A stretch of 27,912 nt of DNA from a virus (Duplodnaviria; Caudoviricetes). The stretch covers positions 1-27,912 of the IMG/VR virus record IMGVR_UViG_3300022844_000020. One strand, given 5' to 3'. The notes beneath the pieces were generated by a model. The model did not search any database. It saw nothing but the letters and a program-made list of their open reading frames with translations, and was not told where the DNA came from. The position numbers were made by a program, and so were the translations under genes. Below, one piece after another: positions 23,487 to 27,912 of the stretch (within the stretch, counting starts at the first letter, position 1; every line of letters starts with the position of its first letter).

Positions 23487-26334
23487 GACTGTTAAGTATT
23501 ATATGGAAGTGGATGCCTCTGGCGCCGTAAAAAGTGCTGGAGAAGCTCAAAAAGGATTCCTAGATGTTGATAATGCCGCCGACCGTACAGGCGTTGCCAC
23601 TATTGCCCTTGGCAATATTATGGCAAATGCCGCATCCATGATGGCGAATAGCCTTGCCAATGTCGTTTCCCAATCCCAAGAATTATTCTCTCGCCAAGAG
23701 CAAGCGGAACAAAAAGCAGCTGCCGTAATTAAGGCAACCGGAGGCGCCGCTGGCTTCGAGATTGAACAGCTGAAAGTGTACGCCTCTGAGCTACAATCCT
23801 ACACTACCGTTGGGGATGAATCCATCTTAGAGAGCATGTCTACCTTGCTCACTTTTCGCCAAGTATCGGGCGATACCTTCAAGCAAGCTACGGAATTGGC
23901 ATTGGATACCTCTATGATTTTCGGCAGCTTGGAATCGGCTACGTTGCAGATTGGTAAGGCATTGGAAGATCCTATTGAGGGAATGACCGCTTTGCGACGT
24001 GTTGGGGTAACGTTCAACGAGCTTCAAAAAGAACAGGTGAAAGACTTTCTCGCACAAAATAACTTAGCAGCTGCACAAGGCGTAATTCTTGATAATTTGC
24101 GTGGTCAATTAGGCGGTGTTGCCAGGGAACTTGCCCTAACCGATACCGGGAAGTGGGAGCAGTTCATGAACCGTATTGGGGATTCTCAAGAAGATTTAGG
24201 GGGATTGATACTGAGTCTAAAAGTAGGATTAATCCCAGTTTTTGAACGTTTGCTTTCCATTTCAGGCGCATTTGTTGGCAAATTGGAAGAATGGTTAGGT
24301 TTGGATCTTGCTTCGCAATTGAATGATGAACGCATTAAGATGAATGGTTTGGTGTTGAGCATCACCAGTCTTAATGAAGAAAATGAAGATCGACAGGCAC
24401 TAATTAATGAGTTAGTGAAGACCTATCCTGAGTTTTTAGGCAAAATCAACCTAGAAAAAACCACCAATGAAGAGCTTAGAACGGCATTAGAAGAAGTCAA
24501 TCAATTATACATAGATCGCGCAGCTATACAAATTGCGACCGCCTCGCAAGAGGAGGCCATTGTCGAAGCTGGACAGGCGTTGGTAGCTCAAAAAACCAAA
24601 GAAGGGCAAGCCTATCAGACGTTAACTCGCCTTAATGAACAATATGGGTTTGGCATAGATTTGACGACAGGAACGCTGCAAGAGAACTTAATAGCTACTC
24701 GCGAGGCGCTAACTGCCCGCGGTGAATGGGCAAATAGTGCAACATTAGGCAGAATTGCTACCAACGAAGAAGCTATGGCGGCGGAAAATTTATTAGGCGT
24801 ACAGAATGATTTAGTAGTTGCGTATAATAAGGTAACCAAGGCTCAAAATCAGGTAGTTGAAGCGTCCGAATTTCGAAAAGTGATTGAAGATAGCCTGGTA
24901 AAATCAGGATCTGAAGCCATTAAGGTAGAAGGCGTTGTTGAGATCACCATTCCTGATGCTCCAGAACTTCCCGAAATTCCCACTCCTGAACCAGTAGATG
25001 TATTTATACCTGCAGGTGAAATAGTATTTGGTGACTTTGCTATGCCCCATTGGGATGAAATCCTCTTTATTCCAGACGGCACGATTGATACGCTGAATAA
25101 GAATTTGGCTAAGATCGATTTGATGCCTGATAGCACGCTACAGAACTTGCAGGATCAACTAAGTGTAGTGCAAGATCTGTACGTGAACTCGCAAAGTGAT
25201 GCCGAAAGACAGCGGTTAGCAGTGGTTGAGGAAAGTATTCAGCTTCAAATTCAAGCCAAAACAGAAGGCGTTGATGTTGATCGTATTATCGCCGAAGAAT
25301 ACCTTGAAGAGCAAAAAGAGACGTTTAGCAATTTGTATAACACCGCTTCCGATTATGTGAATGTGTTCAGTCAAATTCGGCAACAAGAAGCAGAACGGCA
25401 AATTACGCGCATAGATAAGGAGACTCAAAAAAGAGTTAAAGCCATTGATGTGGAGCTCAAAAAAGAAAATTTAAGCGAAACAGAACGTGCGAAGCTTATT
25501 CAAGAGCGGCAACAAATTGAAGCATCTGCAGAAGAAAAAAAGGCGACCATAAAACGCGAAACGTTTGACAAAGAAAAACGTGCCAATACGGTAATGGCAA
25601 TTGCCCAAACCGCACTTGCGATAATTAAAGCTTTGCCAAATATTCCATTAAGTATAGCAGTTGGAGCTTTAGGCGCACTTCAAACGGCGGTGGTTGCCTC
25701 CCAGCCCAATCCCTATTTAGAAGGTGGATTGATTGAAGAGCGAATGCCGAATGGGTTAAGCGCCCCAGGAATAAAGATGATTTCTATCAACGAAAATGGA
25801 TCTCCTGAATACGTTGTGAATGCTGAGAGTACCAAAAAATTCCAGCCTATCTTAGACCTAATGAACTACAATCCGGGGCAAGCAGAGCAGCTTATTGCCG
25901 AATTAGGAGTGCAGCCATTTTTAAGCGGTGGATTGATTTCAGAATCATCAAATTCAGAAACCAAAGCAAAAACCGTAGCAGATTATTTACGTATCGAGCG
26001 TGAATTGATGGAGCTATTGAATCGCTCCGAAATCAGTAATTATAGCGAGAGTACGACTCTGAATGAGCAGATATTAAGCGGCACTCTAGATCGATTTAAT
26101 GAGGTTGGAGGCTTAGCGCCTGTTCAACCTTCCATTAATGCCTTATCAGGTGCTAATTTTGATGTGCCAACATTGGAAACTAACACCATCACCGATGCCA
26201 TAGCCGAGGCGATTGAGAATGGGTTAAGCAATTTTAAAGCGAATCTTAGGCTAGTTGCAGAAGGTAGAGAGCTTAATGTAGCCTCTGATAATGCACGCGA
26301 ATTCGAAACTAAGCAAACTATTCCGTTCAATTAA
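23479..26334 (+). CDS. Tail tape measure protein
   Basis: 951 aa, Ala/Leu/Glu-rich helical; IGKALEDPIEGMTALRRVGVTF motif. Confidence 0.92.
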   Translation: MAKTVKYYMEVDASGAVKSAGEAQKGFLDVDNAADRTGVATIALGNIMANAASMMANSLANVVSQSQELFSRQEQAEQKAAAVIKATGGAAGFEIEQLKVYASELQSYTTVGDESILESMSTLLTFRQVSGDTFKQATELALDTSMIFGSLESATLQIGKALEDPIEGMTALRRVGVTFNELQKEQVKDFLAQNNLAAAQGVILDNLRGQLGGVARELALTDTGKWEQFMNRIGDSQEDLGGLILSLKVGLIPVFERLLSISGAFVGKLEEWLGLDLASQLNDERIKMNGLVLSITSLNEENEDRQALINELVKTYPEFLGKINLEKTTNEELRTALEEVNQLYIDRAAIQIATASQEEAIVEAGQALVAQKTKEGQAYQTLTRLNEQYGFGIDLTTGTLQENLIATREALTARGEWANSATLGRIATNEEAMAAENLLGVQNDLVVAYNKVTKAQNQVVEASEFRKVIEDSLVKSGSEAIKVEGVVEITIPDAPELPEIPTPEPVDVFIPAGEIVFGDFAMPHWDEILFIPDGTIDTLNKNLAKIDLMPDSTLQNLQDQLSVVQDLYVNSQSDAERQRLAVVEESIQLQIQAKTEGVDVDRIIAEEYLEEQKETFSNLYNTASDYVNVFSQIRQQEAERQITRIDKETQKRVKAIDVELKKENLSETERAKLIQERQQIEASAEEKKATIKRETFDKEKRANTVMAIAQTALAIIKALPNIPLSIAVGALGALQTAVVASQPNPYLEGGLIEERMPNGLSAPGIKMISINENGSPEYVVNAESTKKFQPILDLMNYNPGQAEQLIAELGVQPFLSGGLISESSNSETKAKTVADYLRIERELMELLNRSEISNYSESTTLNEQILSGTLDRFNEVGGLAPVQPSINALSGANFDVPTLETNTITDAIAEAIENGLSNFKANLRLVAEGRELNVASDNAREFETKQTIPFN

Positions 26335-27701
26335 TGCCATTCTACACCACACATAGCGTAAATGTAAAAAATGCCAAGGGAAGCAATTCGGTATTTAAGT
26401 TGCAGCAGGATCTAGTTTCCGATCCTGGAACGCCTGCTAAGCTTTCAATTACCAAAGAGCCGAAAATAAAGTTCTCTTTCAGTAATGATCATGGTGAAGG
26501 TCTATTAAGCTATTGGGTAGAGTTGACGCTGCTTAATGGCTTTGGTGGTGACATTTTGGCTACTTTTTTAGCAAATGAACAATCAGATTTTAGGCTTCTG
26601 ATCGAAATAAACAGTGTTGAGGTATTTAGAGGGATTCTTGATTCACAATGGAATGATAAGCCAGTTTCTGATGATACAAGCACTTATTTTGAACTTAATG
26701 CGGTATTTCATTCAGGCTTCGCTAATTCGGACAGTGTGAGTATTCAAAGTATTCTTACTGCTATCAATTCAAGCAGTAATACCTTGCATACGTATCAAAC
26801 AAGCGATAATCTTGGTTCACTTCCATTTGCAGATTTATGGCATGAGTTTATTTTTCAAGAAATTTGCGGATATACTACCAACGACATATTAATAGCTCAC
26901 GATTGGATTGCAAGCGGAGCACGAGCTGCGGTTAGCTGTCAACTTAGAGAACTGCAAATCAACCCTTATTTCTTGAATGAACTGGTATCGAGAGACGTTT
27001 GGTATAAGGCATTGTGTAGGTCTTTCAGCTTAGCCGTTGGATATAGTTGGTCGGTCGGCAAGCCTATTATACAGGATGTTAGAAAAGGCAATGCGGGTAA
27101 TTATAGCGCTATTCCATTAACTAAGGTATCAAGTGGCTTAAGAACGCAAGGTTCTGCAGTTACAATCAGTGAACAGACTGTAATCAATTGGATCGATAAT
27201 AATCCAAAAGCACCATATCGCCCACAATATGTTTCCGTGGCAGTAGTAGATAAGGATAATGTACTTAAGGTTGTCGCTTCAAATGATGATGCCAATGCAG
27301 TTGGGGAAGGAGTTTTGACTGTAGAAATCAAGTTTAATCCTGAAGTAGATGCAGAGACAACAGTTGGTGGGCAAAAGTATGGCATTAGTGTTTTGGGAAT
27401 CGTGGATTATGAACCCGCAACCACATTTAAAGGTTGGAATTCTGACAATCCAACATCAGTAGAATCTCTTTTTCATGCGAACGCCTACGCTCAAGGCTCT
27501 TTTAGTCGGGCTTTACCAACCGATGAGAACGTTAATTTTAAGGGGGAACTCAATAACATCGTAGATCCAATGTTACCCGTTAAGTTAGGCGACTATCGCT
27601 ATAGGATTTCGAAGGGTGAATTGTTTACTTTACAGATGAAAACCAAAGTGCAGGACGCGGTACTACTAAGCGACGACAGCACAAATCTAACCATCACATA
27701 A
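26334..27701 (+). CDS. Putative tail tip / hub protein
   Basis: TAATG-coupled to the tape measure gene; 455 aa, beta-rich. Confidence 0.55.
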   Translation: MPFYTTHSVNVKNAKGSNSVFKLQQDLVSDPGTPAKLSITKEPKIKFSFSNDHGEGLLSYWVELTLLNGFGGDILATFLANEQSDFRLLIEINSVEVFRGILDSQWNDKPVSDDTSTYFELNAVFHSGFANSDSVSIQSILTAINSSSNTLHTYQTSDNLGSLPFADLWHEFIFQEICGYTTNDILIAHDWIASGARAAVSCQLRELQINPYFLNELVSRDVWYKALCRSFSLAVGYSWSVGKPIIQDVRKGNAGNYSAIPLTKVSSGLRTQGSAVTISEQTVINWIDNNPKAPYRPQYVSVAVVDKDNVLKVVASNDDANAVGEGVLTVEIKFNPEVDAETTVGGQKYGISVLGIVDYEPATTFKGWNSDNPTSVESLFHANAYAQGSFSRALPTDENVNFKGELNNIVDPMLPVKLGDYRYRISKGELFTLQMKTKVQDAVLLSDDSTNLTIT

Positions 27702-27742
27702 TTCGCGGTTTTAGACTGTCAACAGAAAAAAGAATAAACTAA

Positions 27743-27868
27743 TCATTTGTTGTAGTTTTGGGTTTGATTTTTTGCGGTTTGGTACAGATTGTGGAAGGTA
27801 TGAACTCCAATAAGGGTGATAATGATAAGTGAGATAGATAGAATAGTGACAGGAATGCTCGTCTTCAT
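27743..27868 (-). CDS. Small membrane protein (41 aa; frame stays open to the window edge)
   Basis: MKTSIPVTILSISLIIITLIGVHTFHNLYQTAKNQTQNYNK; not in the ORF track. Confidence 0.4.
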   Translation of the reverse strand: MKTSIPVTILSISLIIITLIGVHTFHNLYQTAKNQTQNYNK

Positions 27869-27912
27869 GTAATAACTAATTTTAAGATTGAATAGGGATT
27901 GATTACTTAAAA

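Noticed and set aside
8450-27385. Minus-strand ORFs within the late operon
   Set aside because: Antisense to long, motif-bearing structural genes; no independent support.
1-27912. Diversity-generating retroelement or retron
   Set aside because: No reverse-transcriptase motif and no template/variable repeat pair was seen by eye.
1-27912. tRNA or rRNA genes, phage termini, tail sheath, invertible tail segment
   Set aside because: No cloverleaf, Mu-type end, sheath-sized gene or invertase was recognised in this window.

Overview
About 28 kb of an apparently transposable (Mu-like) temperate phage or prophage. The host is probably Bacteroidota-like (inference: A-rich leaders without Shine-Dalgarno sites, an Ala-Gln signal-peptide cleavage site, DUF5675-like lysin). 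A leftward early operon (7563 to beyond position 1) encodes Ner/Cro-like, HTH, DUF3102-like, HD-domain, DUF3164 and GemA-like proteins. It ends in a DDE transposase (1328 to <1) that the ORF track missed because it runs off the window. A rightward late operon encodes a putative Mor/C-like activator, terminase, a PBSX-type portal/XkdF protease/capsid set, MuF, neck proteins, an internal lysis block, two paralogous tail-tube-like proteins, a frameshifted tail chaperone and a tape measure protein; no sheath is seen, so a siphovirus is likely. The most unusual signal is a set of AT-rich accessory genes bounded by complementary GTTA.../...TAAC cores and attC-like hairpins (4249-4490 and 13011-14654) with no integrase in view. 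The 14-bp palindrome TAACACCGGTGTTA that closes the larger array recurs inside an in-frame triple-palindrome tract in the DUF3102-like gene (6440-6504). All family assignments come from motif recognition by eye, not database searches.
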